A stretch of 64,000 nt of DNA, from NCBI GenBank assembly GCA_043812815.1, contig JBDRLT010000037.1, forward strand, positions 16,965 through 80,964, written 5' to 3'. Each line of letters opens with the position of its first letter. The first letter of the stretch is position 1. The position numbers were made by a program, and so were the translations under genes. Positions 18,361 through 28,438 of the stretch are shown piece after piece. Under the pieces are notes generated by a model that saw nothing but the letters and a program-made list of their open reading frames with translations, was not told the DNA's origin and made no database searches. Origin of the DNA: Candidatus Woesearchaeota archaeon. GTDB taxonomy: Archaea; Nanobdellota; Nanobdellia; Woesearchaeales; JAGVZT01.

Positions 18361-21300
18361 GTGTCCTCTGCTAAAAATACCACGCTAGAGCTTTTCTGAA
18401 CTCCAGGTTCATCAAGCGGAGCCTCAATCCTGATATCAACGTAAGCAAGATCATTAGCGTCAGTATGATTCAATATGGCAATCCCGGACTTAAGCACTTC
18501 AGACAAATTCAGCCAATCAGTCTGTGAGTGCGCGTAATCAAATGAATTGGCCTCAGTACTGTAATTAGCCTTGAACTGGTAATATTGCGTATCCAAAGGT
18601 GCATAACCGCTGCTCCAAAGCGCGCTGGCATTAATACTCACATTGACCTCGCAGTTCCCATCATTCATAACAGCAAACGGTGCAGGGCTGAAATCTGCCG
18701 TGTCATTCTCCTCCCCTATCTGCAAATCAATGAAATCCACAGTATTAGTTGTTAGGAGCACAGAAGGACTGGTAACAATAGTGAAATTCCACACATCACT
18801 CCACTCACCATAGCCGTCGCTGTCATTAGCCCGCACCTTCCACCAGTATGTGGCAAAATCCAACTCATTAGCAGAAGTGTATTCACTATCAACAACACTA
18901 GTAATATTGATAGTCTGGTCAGTGAACTCTTCAGTCAGGCTAACCCAGACATGATAACTCACAGGCTCGCCATCACCATCTGCCACATCACTCCAATTAA
19001 AGTAGGTGAATCTCTCTGTAACAAGATAGTCCATATTAGTCGGCTCCAGGAGTGTAACCTTGGGAGGCAGAGTATTCCCAATAGTTACTGCTTCACTTAA
19101 ATAGGCTGAATAGTTGGTACCATCATCTGCCCTGACAGTACAATTCCAAACTTCATCTTTAGAAGTGTTAGTCGCATTAAGCGTTGTAATCAGGGAATTG
19201 GAATTATTTGCAACACCCGTCTTATTACCTGTATATACCAGATCAGTCCCATTATACCAGAACCATTGAACAGTCAAGGTTGTATTTTCACTATCGACAA
19301 CAGTGGCATTACAAGTTAAATTGGAGTTGGTGGTTGGTGAATCAGGCTTAACATCAACAGCTGAAACAGTTGGGATATCATTCCGAATAGTCAATCCATT
19401 GGAGACAACAGTGGTGCCATCCTGCGTAGCATCATTTGGTGTAATAGCAACAGTCCAAACATCATCCAAGCTGGTTTCTTCAGCAGCCATAGTGTACAAA
19501 CCATGTGCAGTTGCTTGTGCATTGTACAGCTCAGCTATTTCAGCACCTGAAAGCCCTCTGCCGAAAACAATAAACTCATCAATACTACCTTCAAGGAATG
19601 TGCCGGTTCCGTCTTCTGCACCCAGGTAAACGTGCGTGTAGTCAGCAAGGTTATGGTCAATAACCGTATCAGAAACATTAAATACACCGTCTACAAAGAT
19701 GTACCTATTCGTAGAATTCCTCCCTAAAACAATATGATGCCAATTGCCATCAACCACATTCTTATTTGTATAAAGATGCGTTCCAGTAGTTACAGTCCTA
19801 AACATTAAATACTCTGGGCTGCCTGCCAAAGTCTGAGCCTGAAACACATTAGTTGTGATCGGCCTGAAATCAAAAGGCTGGCCGGCAGTATCAGTAGTAT
19901 TCATCCAGAAGCTGATAGTGAAAGGCCCGGTTCCGAAATCGCAAAGGCTACCAGAAATTGTAACATTCAAGTAAGCAGTTCCATCAAAGTAATAAGCACC
20001 ACCAACCAGGCCTTGTTCAGTCCAGGCTGCATTGCTTAAAGTGCCATTATTCTCATAAGTCGAATAATCCTTGACAGCACCCACAGCAGTGCTGCTGGTA
20101 TTAGTATCAAACGGCATATTAAGCACAGCAATACTTGTTCCTCCGAGTCTCCAGTCAGTAATATTGGTAGTAGCATCATTATCAGGATCAGATTGTGAGA
20201 AAGTAACACTCAAATCCTCAATGGTCATATTCTTACCAGTTGGAGTACTCAATACAACTGAGGATACAGTCGGGGGGCCATTGATTATTGTAAGTTGATT
20301 GGAAACCACAGTGATGCCATCCTGCGTGGCATCATTTGGCGTGACAGCAACTGTCCAGTTGTCGTAGAGTACAGTCTCCTGACTGACAATGATTTGTGGG
20401 GCGTGGTTGGCGAGCCCTGCGTTGTAATTCGCCAAAATCTGCTGCGCTGAGAGCGAGCGGTTGTAGATGCGTACGTCGTCTATTGTACCGTTGAAATACA
20501 ACCCACCGAAGTCGGTGTACCACCTGCCGATTATAAGGTCATCGCTTGTATGGACTAAATCCATAGTATCCTCATCAGCCTGCTTAACACCGTCCACATA
20601 GAGCATGCCTTTAGTCCCGTCATAGACACCTACAACATGATGCCAGTCAGTGTCAAGGTAGGTGGTGTCTGAATATGTATAAGTGAAACCGGCCGAGTCG
20701 GTACATTTCCCTAGCATCATCACGAACTTGTTGGTACCACCATGGCCTATTCCATATCCGCAATATTTTGTTCCCAAAGACCTGTTGATCTTGCTTATAA
20801 TCCCTCTTGATACAGAGAAGTTGAGCACTTGCACCCAGGCTTCAGCAGTAAATGCCGATGGCCTGAGATTGACTGAATCAGCCACAATGATGCGCTGGTT
20901 CTTAGGGTGTGAAAACAAGTAGGCTCCGCCCACTTTGCCGTTAGTGATCCAGAGCGGGACCTGTGAGTCGGTCCCCTCCAGAGTTCCGTTATTCTCATAA
21001 GTAGAATAATCTTTAACAGCACCGGTTGCAGTAGAGGTCACATTAGTATCAAACGGCATATTAAGCACTGCAATACTCGTGCCATCCAGCCGCCAGTCAG
21101 TAATGTTAGTAACCGCATACCCTTCAGGATCAGACTGTGAGAAGGTAACACTCAGATTTTCAGTAGTCATGTTATTACCAGTCGGAGTGCTTAGAACAAC
21201 AGAACTGACAGTAGGGGGTTGGTTTTCACAGTCATTAGTCTCATTGCACGTATAGCCGCTAGGGCAATCAGAGGTATCATTGCAGTCATACCATTCTCCA

Positions 21301-24300
21301 GGGCTGCCAACATAGCACCAATCAGTATCGCCATCACCATCAACATCAAGCTTGGTATTGTTGCTATAGCAATCTCCTTGGTATACACAAGAGCCAATCA
21401 CAACACCGCAGCACGCCACATCCGAGGAATTATCAGCAATGCTGTTATCAATAGAGGCCTCATCCACGAGCATATTAAGACTCCACTCACTGGCATCATC
21501 CCCGCAGCAAGTGGTGTCAGAAACATTACCACTCCCCAAATTCCAGTCAATACCATTATCACCAGCAGTCTGGTCAGGCAGGCAGCCACAGGTATCCGCA
21601 TTTGAATCTCCGTCATTATAATAGCCGCATGTTGTGTTAATCCAGCCAGACGTTCCATCACACCCACTAGGAGCCTTGTTTTCAGCATTGGCATCACCAG
21701 TGCAGCTGCCGTCAAACCCAGAAGACCTGCACACAGAAGAATCATCCACACTGCTGCAGGTGGCATCGCACTGATCCTCAAAGTAAGTTTCTCCTGCACT
21801 ATCGCACGCACCAGTGTTAGCACTGGCAGCGAGATTATTGCAGGCAGCATCAGCATCACAGCTTGCATCATAAGCAGCAGATTTGCAAACAGAAGTGTTA
21901 TCAGCAGCACCGCAAGTAGAACCGCACATATCAGCATAATACGTTGCACCAGTCCCAGCACACTGCACTAAAGTTGAGTTCGGTGCAGACTCATCACACA
22001 TAGCAGCAGCTCCGCACCCAGACTCGCAGGTGCCATCAGCTCCTGTCGAGCTCGTATGGTTGTTTTCTGTATTATCAGCCTCGCAAAGCCTGCACTTGGA
22101 ATCAGACTGATCACATCTGTACTCATCAGTGCCGGCAGTTGTCCCAGCATCCCAGCTCCCATCTGAGACATCATCACAATAATCACCGTTATCAGCATCA
22201 CACACATTAGCCTCAGTATCACACTGATCAGGATCATCAGAAGCCCCTGAAGTCCAGTTATTACAGCATCCAGAGATCTCTGTCACACAAACACCATCAG
22301 CAGAAAAGTCACCGGCTGCAACCACCACATCACACTCATCCTTCTCAGCGCAGCTAGCACAGTCATCCTCATAGTAAGTTCCATCATTACATGCCTCTCC
22401 ACCGATTTTACAGTCCCAGCTTCCTCCATCATTAGAGTCTGACAAGCACATAGCATCCAAGCCGTAATCACCATTAGAGGTATCAGTATCACACTCCAAT
22501 CCATCTACATCCCCGTCACAGGCGTAATAAACCCCACTATTATTTGCCACATCCTCAGCATCACAAGTGCTGTCAGAATTGCATATACCCCCGGCAGCAT
22601 AGCCATCAGCCGCGCTAGAATCACAAGGATCAACATCAGTCCCAGCACTGCAGTCAGCTTTCAGAGTACCTTCATCATCATACAAAGCACCAGTAGTGCA
22701 AGTGTCAGCATCAGTGCAAACCCCGCTTGCAGAGTATGCGCCATCTGTAATAACATCGCACCTGTTCTTTTCAGCAGTGCTAACCCCGCATGCAGAGCAG
22801 CTCAGCTTGTAATTGTTAGAATCCCCTGAATCAACGCATGCATGGCCGGCCTCATCACAGCTATTATCACTTAAGCAAATACCAGCAGCAGTAAAAGAGG
22901 TCTCACCATCATCCTCACACCCATCTCCTGCATCGCACAGACTGCAATCAGTTCTCAAACCAGTAGCAGGAGTGCCAGTATCATCGCACACCTCACCAGT
23001 ATCGCAATCATAGTTATCAACACCAGTTCCACCCTCATCCCAGGCGCAAACACCATCGGCGGTATAACCGCCAGATGCAGCAGAATCACATGCGCTCGCA
23101 TTAGCCACATCCTTGCAGTCATTGTAATAGTTGGTGTTATAGGCAACCTCATCCTCATCACAAGTATATGTTCCTGCACTATCCCTGGCAATTGACCCGT
23201 CAGCAGTCCAGGCATTAGAGCCATCATCAGAGCAGCATCTCCCGCCAAAAGTCACATTAGCATTCTGGCAGGTTGCAGAGCCTCCGCAAGTTGAGTCTGT
23301 ATCAACGCAAATACCGCTTTGACAATCACCACCGTATGTACAAGCCTCACCATTCAATTGCAGGCGGTAGGTTATATTTAGCTCTGGGTGATAGCTTGCA
23401 CCTTCATGGTCAGAAAAATAGAAAGTGTCAGTATCAAGTGTTCCGGGATGGTAAAGCAAAACACCATAATTATTTGTTGCTATCCAGTGCTTACACATCT
23501 TGGTAATATTCCATGTCCACCATTGTAGAACAGTGTTGACTGTTCTTGTGGATTCTGCAGTGGAGTTAAAATCACCTCCCTGTGTGCCCCATGCTGTGGC
23601 AGTGAGCCTGTTTACCCAAGTTGCCTGGGTTTCATCCCAATTGCTGGTAACCTCATGAGCGCCGATATCTATAGAGGCCGTTGCTCCAGACCATCCTTCA
23701 GTATACAATCGCAAAATAGCGCTGCTGACTGTGGCAGCTGCAGGCAATGAAGATATGTCAAAAATAAAGAGGCCTCTTCGCTTATATTTATACCCTACCC
23801 GCACATTGCCCGCATCGTCATAATTAGTTGTTGTGTTATCCAAATTAATATAAGTGTCATGTGTTGCACCGGCTGATATGCTTGGATCAAGCCAGAGAGT
23901 GTTTTTGCCAGCAACGTTGCCAATCAAAATCACAGTCTTGTTGTATAGTCTAACTGAATAACCAGAGTCCACAAGGTCAGCATAGCTCAGCACAAACCTA
24001 TCCTTTATTTTGATGCTCTTTGACTGGTTGTTAATCTCAACATCATTATAATTCAGATTCTTGGCATCAACCACCCGAAGCCCAATATAATTTATTTTGT
24101 TCTTGACATCATCAGGAATATTGGTGAAATTCAGCGCATACTTGAAATGAGACCCAAAGTCATAATGAACCACCTCAAACTTAATATTGTTATTAGCCAT
24201 AAAGGTCTTTGACTGCTCCCATGTGTAAGTGTTGCCATTATACACAAAAAATGGGGCAAACGTGAGGGAAGTCCCTTTATATGAAATATTGATTTTGCCA

Positions 24301-26204
24301 TCTCTGAAGCTAAACTTTGCCGAGCTAGTGAAGTGGGGTGCACTACTAACAAAATTACACAAGTAGCCATTGCACCGCGTGAACTCATCAACAACCCGCC
24401 ACGCTCCAGGCATGCTGCGATAAGCGAAATCAACCAACTCCCCGAATCTGAACCCAAAGCTGTGCTTTTCATTGTTTAGGATTCGACTTACAACTCTTGC
24501 CTCCCCAGAACAATTCCAATCCTTCACATAAGCACTGCTCTGATTAATAGTCCAATTAACCTCAGTGTCTCCGCACCATAATCCTGAAAATTCCAAATCC
24601 TCCAGACTAGTCCCATTATAACCACTTATCTCCAAATCGGCAGCACCCGTAGTACTAAACCTCACTGTCCAATTCTCCTCAACAGTCTGATCACTGAGAA
24701 CAGTAAGACTCACTATAGATACCTCAAAACTCTGATTGCTTAAATGCGGAGTGATCCATTCAATCCTGTCAATATTGTTATCCCTGTTGCTATCAATCAA
24801 GTTCACATCAAATAATGGGTGATTAGTTACATCCACCCTGTAAACATCCCCTAGCGCTACAAGTGTTCCAGCATCTTCACCCCTAATATATTTAAAATAA
24901 TCAGCTCTATTCGCATACCACTCTAACCTTACAGATACAGCTGCTGAGTCAGCTATATCCGTGTAAGTGTGAATATTTTCATACGGGATCTTAGAAAAGA
25001 CTGTAACCTTTCTGGTGCTGCCGCTCACTGCTTCAATAACCTCAGGAGCTTCGGTATAATACTCGACAAGATACTCCTTCCTCTCTTTCCCCTCAAGATA
25101 ATCCTTGAAATGAATCACTATATCCCCTTTAACCCCGCCTGTGACTGCTCCTGTAATCTGGGAACTGAACAGCCACCTTAAGAAACGTGCAATCAGTCCA
25201 GTATTATCTGCACTCTCAAGCACCATTCCTGTGATAGAATTAGCCTTTTTTTCTGGTAAAACAAGTTTTGAACCCTTCCTTTCAATAATAATATCATGCT
25301 TGCTGATCTCCCTATACTCTTTAGGATCAACAACACTAATGTTCTCGGCATACTCTGGCAAATCCACCTGCGCACTCACGGTCTTCTTCTTGTCCTCCTT
25401 ATTCTCCACAACAACCAATTTGATCCACTTTACAGGCTTGCCAATCTCCACATAGGGTGCTTCCTCCTCAAAAGAAGCAATAGAAACAAACTCATCAGAA
25501 ATATTTTCAACAAGAGTCACATTTCCGATTGGAGTTACATTTTCTATTAGTGTAATATTAATCTCAGTAAGATTAACTGTCGCATTTTGAGCAACCAGCG
25601 ATTCATTAACCTCAGTAAAGTTGACTTCGGTAATATTTTCCTGACTTACTAGAGTCTCATTGCTTTCTGTTAAGTTGAGAGCTGGCTCAGATGTGCTCAG
25701 ATTTACAGACTCATGCACACTTATGTTGACATCAGCCAGAGCTTCTGTGTTTATGGTTATTTCCTCAGGCAACCCCAGAACAAAGACTTCAATCTCAGGG
25801 CTCGCAACAGTATTCACACCATCACTAGCATAAATCTTAACTGAGCTCTTGCCAACAAACCCTGGAGCTGGCTCCAGAGTTAGCTGTTGATAATCAACAT
25901 AAGCGTTCAGATTATCCGGATTGTTGGTTAAATAAGTCAAATTGTCATTATCCTCAAAGAACAAGCTCAGATCAAAGCTCTTTGACTCATTTGCATTTAG
26001 TGTAAGATTCCCTTCATAAACAAAAACAGGCTCTTGGTTAGTCTCACCAACAGCCAATCCAGTAATCCCTCCCTTAAAGTATCCAGCATTGTACATAACC
26101 ATGGCGAGCATTACTAAAGCTAGGCAAAGCAGTTCAAGCAAATCCTTCCTCCAATCCTCACTTCTTTTTCGCCCTATGGTACACACCCCAGATATTTCTT
26201 TCAT
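18357..26204 (-). CDS. giant (2615 aa) adhesin-like surface protein: N-terminal signal anchor, about 1000-aa Cys/Asp/Gly/Ser/Thr-rich low-complexity region, two LamG (concanavalin-A-like) domains, FN3/Ig-like domains
   Basis: N-terminal TM LLELLCLALVMLAMVMY. LamG motifs AEAWVQV...WHHVVGVYDGTKGMLYVDG...DDVRIYNRSLS and ISFWMNTTD...WHHIVLG...IDEFIVFGRGLS. FN3-like YWWKVRANDSDGYGEWS. Repeated NGPPTVSSVVLSTPTG modules. A CxDxD-rich tract occupies about 20.5-23.3 kb. Confidence 0.7.
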   Translation of the reverse strand: MKEISGVCTIGRKRSEDWRKDLLELLCLALVMLAMVMYNAGYFKGGITGLAVGETNQEPVFVYEGNLTLNANESKSFDLSLFFEDNDNLTYLTNNPDNLNAYVDYQQLTLEPAPGFVGKSSVKIYASDGVNTVASPEIEVFVLGLPEEITINTEALADVNISVHESVNLSTSEPALNLTESNETLVSQENITEVNFTEVNESLVAQNATVNLTEINITLIENVTPIGNVTLVENISDEFVSIASFEEEAPYVEIGKPVKWIKLVVVENKEDKKKTVSAQVDLPEYAENISVVDPKEYREISKHDIIIERKGSKLVLPEKKANSITGMVLESADNTGLIARFLRWLFSSQITGAVTGGVKGDIVIHFKDYLEGKERKEYLVEYYTEAPEVIEAVSGSTRKVTVFSKIPYENIHTYTDIADSAAVSVRLEWYANRADYFKYIRGEDAGTLVALGDVYRVDVTNHPLFDVNLIDSNRDNNIDRIEWITPHLSNQSFEVSIVSLTVLSDQTVEENWTVRFSTTGAADLEISGYNGTSLEDLEFSGLWCGDTEVNWTINQSSAYVKDWNCSGEARVVSRILNNEKHSFGFRFGELVDFAYRSMPGAWRVVDEFTRCNGYLCNFVSSAPHFTSSAKFSFRDGKINISYKGTSLTFAPFFVYNGNTYTWEQSKTFMANNNIKFEVVHYDFGSHFKYALNFTNIPDDVKNKINYIGLRVVDAKNLNYNDVEINNQSKSIKIKDRFVLSYADLVDSGYSVRLYNKTVILIGNVAGKNTLWLDPSISAGATHDTYINLDNTTTNYDDAGNVRVGYKYKRRGLFIFDISSLPAAATVSSAILRLYTEGWSGATASIDIGAHEVTSNWDETQATWVNRLTATAWGTQGGDFNSTAESTRTVNTVLQWWTWNITKMCKHWIATNNYGVLLYHPGTLDTDTFYFSDHEGASYHPELNITYRLQLNGEACTYGGDCQSGICVDTDSTCGGSATCQNANVTFGGRCCSDDGSNAWTADGSIARDSAGTYTCDEDEVAYNTNYYNDCKDVANASACDSAASGGYTADGVCAWDEGGTGVDNYDCDTGEVCDDTGTPATGLRTDCSLCDAGDGCEDDGETSFTAAGICLSDNSCDEAGHACVDSGDSNNYKLSCSACGVSTAEKNRCDVITDGAYSASGVCTDADTCTTGALYDDEGTLKADCSAGTDVDPCDSSAADGYAAGGICNSDSTCDAEDVANNSGVYYACDGDVDGLECDTDTSNGDYGLDAMCLSDSNDGGSWDCKIGGEACNDGTYYEDDCASCAEKDECDVVVAAGDFSADGVCVTEISGCCNNWTSGASDDPDQCDTEANVCDADNGDYCDDVSDGSWDAGTTAGTDEYRCDQSDSKCRLCEADNTENNHTSSTGADGTCESGCGAAAMCDESAPNSTLVQCAGTGATYYADMCGSTCGAADNTSVCKSAAYDASCDADAACNNLAASANTGACDSAGETYFEDQCDATCSSVDDSSVCRSSGFDGSCTGDANAENKAPSGCDGTSGWINTTCGYYNDGDSNADTCGCLPDQTAGDNGIDWNLGSGNVSDTTCCGDDASEWSLNMLVDEASIDNSIADNSSDVACCGVVIGSCVYQGDCYSNNTKLDVDGDGDTDWCYVGSPGEWYDCNDTSDCPSGYTCNETNDCENQPPTVSSVVLSTPTGNNMTTENLSVTFSQSDPEGYAVTNITDWRLDGTSIAVLNMPFDTNVTSTATGAVKDYSTYENNGTLEGTDSQVPLWITNGKVGGAYLFSHPKNQRIIVADSVNLRPSAFTAEAWVQVLNFSVSRGIISKINRSLGTKYCGYGIGHGGTNKFVMMLGKCTDSAGFTYTYSDTTYLDTDWHHVVGVYDGTKGMLYVDGVKQADEDTMDLVHTSDDLIIGRWYTDFGGLYFNGTIDDVRIYNRSLSAQQILANYNAGLANHAPQIIVSQETVLYDNWTVAVTPNDATQDGITVVSNQLTIINGPPTVSSVVLSTPTGKNMTIEDLSVTFSQSDPDNDATTNITDWRLGGTSIAVLNMPFDTNTSSTAVGAVKDYSTYENNGTLSNAAWTEQGLVGGAYYFDGTAYLNVTISGSLCDFGTGPFTISFWMNTTDTAGQPFDFRPITTNVFQAQTLAGSPEYLMFRTVTTGTHLYTNKNVVDGNWHHIVLGRNSTNRYIFVDGVFNVSDTVIDHNLADYTHVYLGAEDGTGTFLEGSIDEFIVFGRGLSGAEIAELYNAQATAHGLYTMAAEETSLDDVWTVAITPNDATQDGTTVVSNGLTIRNDIPTVSAVDVKPDSPTTNSNLTCNATVVDSENTTLTVQWFWYNGTDLVYTGNKTGVANNSNSLITTLNATNTSKDEVWNCTVRADDGTNYSAYLSEAVTIGNTLPPKVTLLEPTNMDYLVTERFTYFNWSDVADGDGEPVSYHVWVSLTEEFTDQTINITSVVDSEYTSANELDFATYWWKVRANDSDGYGEWSDVWNFTIVTSPSVLLTTNTVDFIDLQIGEENDTADFSPAPFAVMNDGNCEVNVSINASALWSSGYAPLDTQYYQFKANYSTEANSFDYAHSQTDWLNLSEVLKSGIAILNHTDANDLAYVDIRIEAPLDEPGVQKSSSVVFLAEDT

Positions 26205-26556
26205 CTCTTTTGATTAGCCGAGCAATTTCACTATACCTTAGTCCATATTTCTCCTTAAGGAAAGCAACCAGGCACTCAAGTACACTTAATTTTCTGTCCT
26301 TAAAGATAACGAGAGGAATTTTGCATTCCGAATCACCAACCTCAAGCGGTTTCTCCCTCTTCCTAACAGCATTGTGGTAAGTAACCCATATTGTTCGCTG
26401 ATCCCTGTTCAGCAGCACACCAATCTTTGAATACCTAAGCCCACGCTGCTCCTTGAGATACTTGCACACAGCCTCCAATATGCTGAGCTCCGCATTATTG
26501 AAAATTGAGACATCAACCACATCATCTGAACCCTTTACACAGAAAAGTCCAAGCAT
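26158..26556 (-). CDS. small tandem-HTH protein (two sigma70-region4/LuxR-like helix-turn-helix repeats), putative regulator; ORF may extend upstream to about 26717 with a non-ATG start
   Basis: Internal duplication: LSILEAVCKYLKEQRGLRYSKIGVLLNRDQRTIWVTYHNAVRKREK and LSVLECLVAFLKEKYGLRYSEIARLIKRDERNIWGVYHRAKKK. The 3' end overlaps the giant gene's start by 47 nt. The upstream frame stays open back to a TAA at 26718-26720. Confidence 0.45.
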   Translation of the reverse strand: MLGLFCVKGSDDVVDVSIFNNAELSILEAVCKYLKEQRGLRYSKIGVLLNRDQRTIWVTYHNAVRKREKPLEVGDSECKIPLVIFKDRKLSVLECLVAFLKEKYGLRYSEIARLIKRDERNIWGVYHRAKKK

Positions 26557-26722
26557 CTGGCTCTCTGACAGCAGGTGAGAATATTTCAGCTCTTTGACCA
26601 GTTTTTCAAGGAAAACCTTCTTATCAAGCGAACCAATAATTACCTCAGAATCCTCTTCAGATACTTTCTCATCCCTGATGAGTTTAAGGATCTCCTGCTC
26701 TCTGCTTATTGTTATCCCTCTT

Positions 26723-27040
26723 TTTACTTACTAATAATGTAAATTACAACTAATTTACTAAACATTCTACTCATTAATGATGTATTACTGCAGCAATTAA
26801 CCAAGCCCCCAAAAATACTTATTAATAACGTAAAAACACCATATACACGCATAATGTTACTTATCAATAATGTATTACTCAAAAAATTCGAAGTCCTGTA
26901 TCTAGAAACCATATTTTTACATATCAATAATGTTTTTCTTAACATCTCAATATTGGTTGCCAACAAACATTACTTACTAAAGATGTATCATCTTTAGGAT
27001 ACTAGTGTAGCAAACCAGACTCAATAATAATGTAACTAGT
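26723..27040. repeat. array of at least 7 degenerate direct repeats, consensus TTACTnAT(C/T)AATAATGTAttac, in the 360-bp AT-rich intergenic region
   Basis: Copies near 26723, 26767, 26814, 26856, 26917, 26968 (variant AAAGATGTA) and 27020, spaced about 41-59 bp apart. Confidence 0.5.
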
Positions 27041-27082
27041 ATATAAAGCTTTTTATAGAAATACTCAAAAAAAATGTAAAAA

Positions 27083-27643
27083 TTAATACTCTTCGCACTG
27101 CCTCTCAAAATACTCCTTCTCATGGCTGCAAGAAGGACACTTCTCAGGCGGCTGTTTGCCCTTGTGCACATACCCGCACTTGCTGCAAACCCACACAACT
27201 TCTGTGGTTTTCTTATGCAGAGTGCCCGCCTCGAGCTCTTTCAGCAATTTTTTATAGCGCTCCTCATGGTGCTGCTCTGCTTTGGCAATCGCCCTAAGCC
27301 TGACTGCAATCAAAGGAAAACCCTCCTGCTGTGCAACATCTGCAAACTCAGGATACATAGCAGTATACTCATGATTCTCACCAGCTATAGCAGCCTGCAA
27401 ATTCTCAGCAGTTGTTCCCCACACTGTCGGGCATCCAGCCTCAACCTCAGGCTGTGCTTTCAGCTCCTTGAGAAGCTTGAAGAGCCACTCAGCATGCTCA
27501 AACTCATTGTCTGCAGTAACCAGAAAAAGCTTGGCAACCTGATGCAAACCCTCTTTCTTGGCTGTGTTGGCATACATGGTATACCTGTTCCTGGCCTGGC
27601 TCTCGCCAATAAAAGCCTTCGCCAAATTCTCAATTGTTTTCAT
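27083..27643 (-). CDS. rbr: rubrerythrin
   Basis: Ferritin-like diiron motifs (EAGCP..., two ExxH pairs) with a C-terminal rubredoxin-like CSKCG...CPSC. Confidence 0.85.
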   Translation of the reverse strand: MKTIENLAKAFIGESQARNRYTMYANTAKKEGLHQVAKLFLVTADNEFEHAEWLFKLLKELKAQPEVEAGCPTVWGTTAENLQAAIAGENHEYTAMYPEFADVAQQEGFPLIAVRLRAIAKAEQHHEERYKKLLKELEAGTLHKKTTEVVWVCSKCGYVHKGKQPPEKCPSCSHEKEYFERQCEEY

Positions 27644-28092
27644 TTCTTCACCTCTGGACTGTTATACCCATATTTGTTAATATATACCCCTAAATTTGAT
27701 CTGCTTGAAATACTCAAATCACCAGGATTAATCTGCTTTAATTCAACCCACTTTATTCCGCTGCATTTCATAGGTTCCATAATCTTAGCCCTACCTTGCA
27801 CTAGCTTTGCCACATAAGAAGGCGAAACCCAGTGTTGATGCTCCTCAGGAATAATATGATCTACAACTTCTAGCATCTCCAGCACTTCAATATCAATATC
27901 CAACTCTTCCCTAATCTCTCTCTTGATTGCATCACTGCACTTCTCACCAAACCTCACAGAACCGCCAGGAAAATCCCACTTGCCCTGCTCATTTCTCGCT
28001 TTGGCACCACGCTGTGCGAGCAGCACCATTCCGTCGTCTCTAAAAATCATAGCACCAGTCCCTACCCCAATATAATCCACCCCTCGAATCAT
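27640..28092 (-). CDS. NUDIX hydrolase
   Basis: Nudix box [29 protein letters not shown] overlap with rbr. Confidence 0.8.
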   Translation of the reverse strand: MIRGVDYIGVGTGAMIFRDDGMVLLAQRGAKARNEQGKWDFPGGSVRFGEKCSDAIKREIREELDIDIEVLEMLEVVDHIIPEEHQHWVSPSYVAKLVQGRAKIMEPMKCSGIKWVELKQINPGDLSISSRSNLGVYINKYGYNSPEVKK

Positions 28093-28180
28093 AAGAACTA
28101 AGAAAAAATTGTTTTTAATAAATCTTACGCATTAAGCATATGCCAAATCGTCAATTATCGAAAATCTTAAAAAAAAGGGA

Positions 28181-28438
28181 TTACATCTTCCCCAAGGCTT
28201 TCTCAACCAAAGGCATAATAGCCACAACCTCATCCTTGGTGAGCCTGCCTAACTTACTCCACCGCCACTCCCCGCTCATCGGATTAATATTCTCCCGAGA
28301 AATCTGCAGCTTTGGCTGGGCCTCATTATAGGAATGCACGCTAACAGTAACCTTAGTTGCATCAAACTCTGCTGTCTCACTAAACAATGTTTTATCCAAA
28401 TTCTTGTCAAAAGCCATTTTTCCCTCCTTAATGAACAT
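28181..28438 (-). CDS. hypothetical small protein (possible PC4/YdbC-like ssDNA-binding fold)
   Basis: 85 aa. KVTVSVHSY...PKLQISREN...WRWSKLGRLTKDEVVAIMPLVEKAL resembles the PC4 pattern. Weak. Confidence 0.3.
   Translation of the reverse strand: MFIKEGKMAFDKNLDKTLFSETAEFDATKVTVSVHSYNEAQPKLQISRENINPMSGEWRWSKLGRLTKDEVVAIMPLVEKALGKM

Noticed and set aside
19303-23506. Multiple 60-190-aa ORFs on the plus strand inside the giant adhesin gene (e.g. 21219..21605, 21398..21961, 22955..23248)
   Set aside because: They are antisense or alternate-frame artefacts of the long GC-skewed Cys/Asp-rich coding tract. The minus-strand 2615-aa ORF is continuous and domain-bearing.
26723-27040. Possible CRISPR array
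   Set aside because: The repeats are only about 20 bp, degenerate, unevenly spaced (41-59 bp) and embedded in uniformly AT-rich sequence without distinct spacers. No cas1 or cas2 is present. They are better explained as protein-binding site repeats.
26720-27083. Replication origin (ORB elements)
   Set aside because: No ORB or mini-ORB consensus and no cdc6/orc1 gene nearby. The motif lacks the dyad and G-string features of archaeal origin recognition boxes.
27122-27817. 231-aa plus-strand ORF across rbr and the NUDIX gene
   Set aside because: It is antisense to two well-supported genes (rubrerythrin, Nudix box). No motifs.
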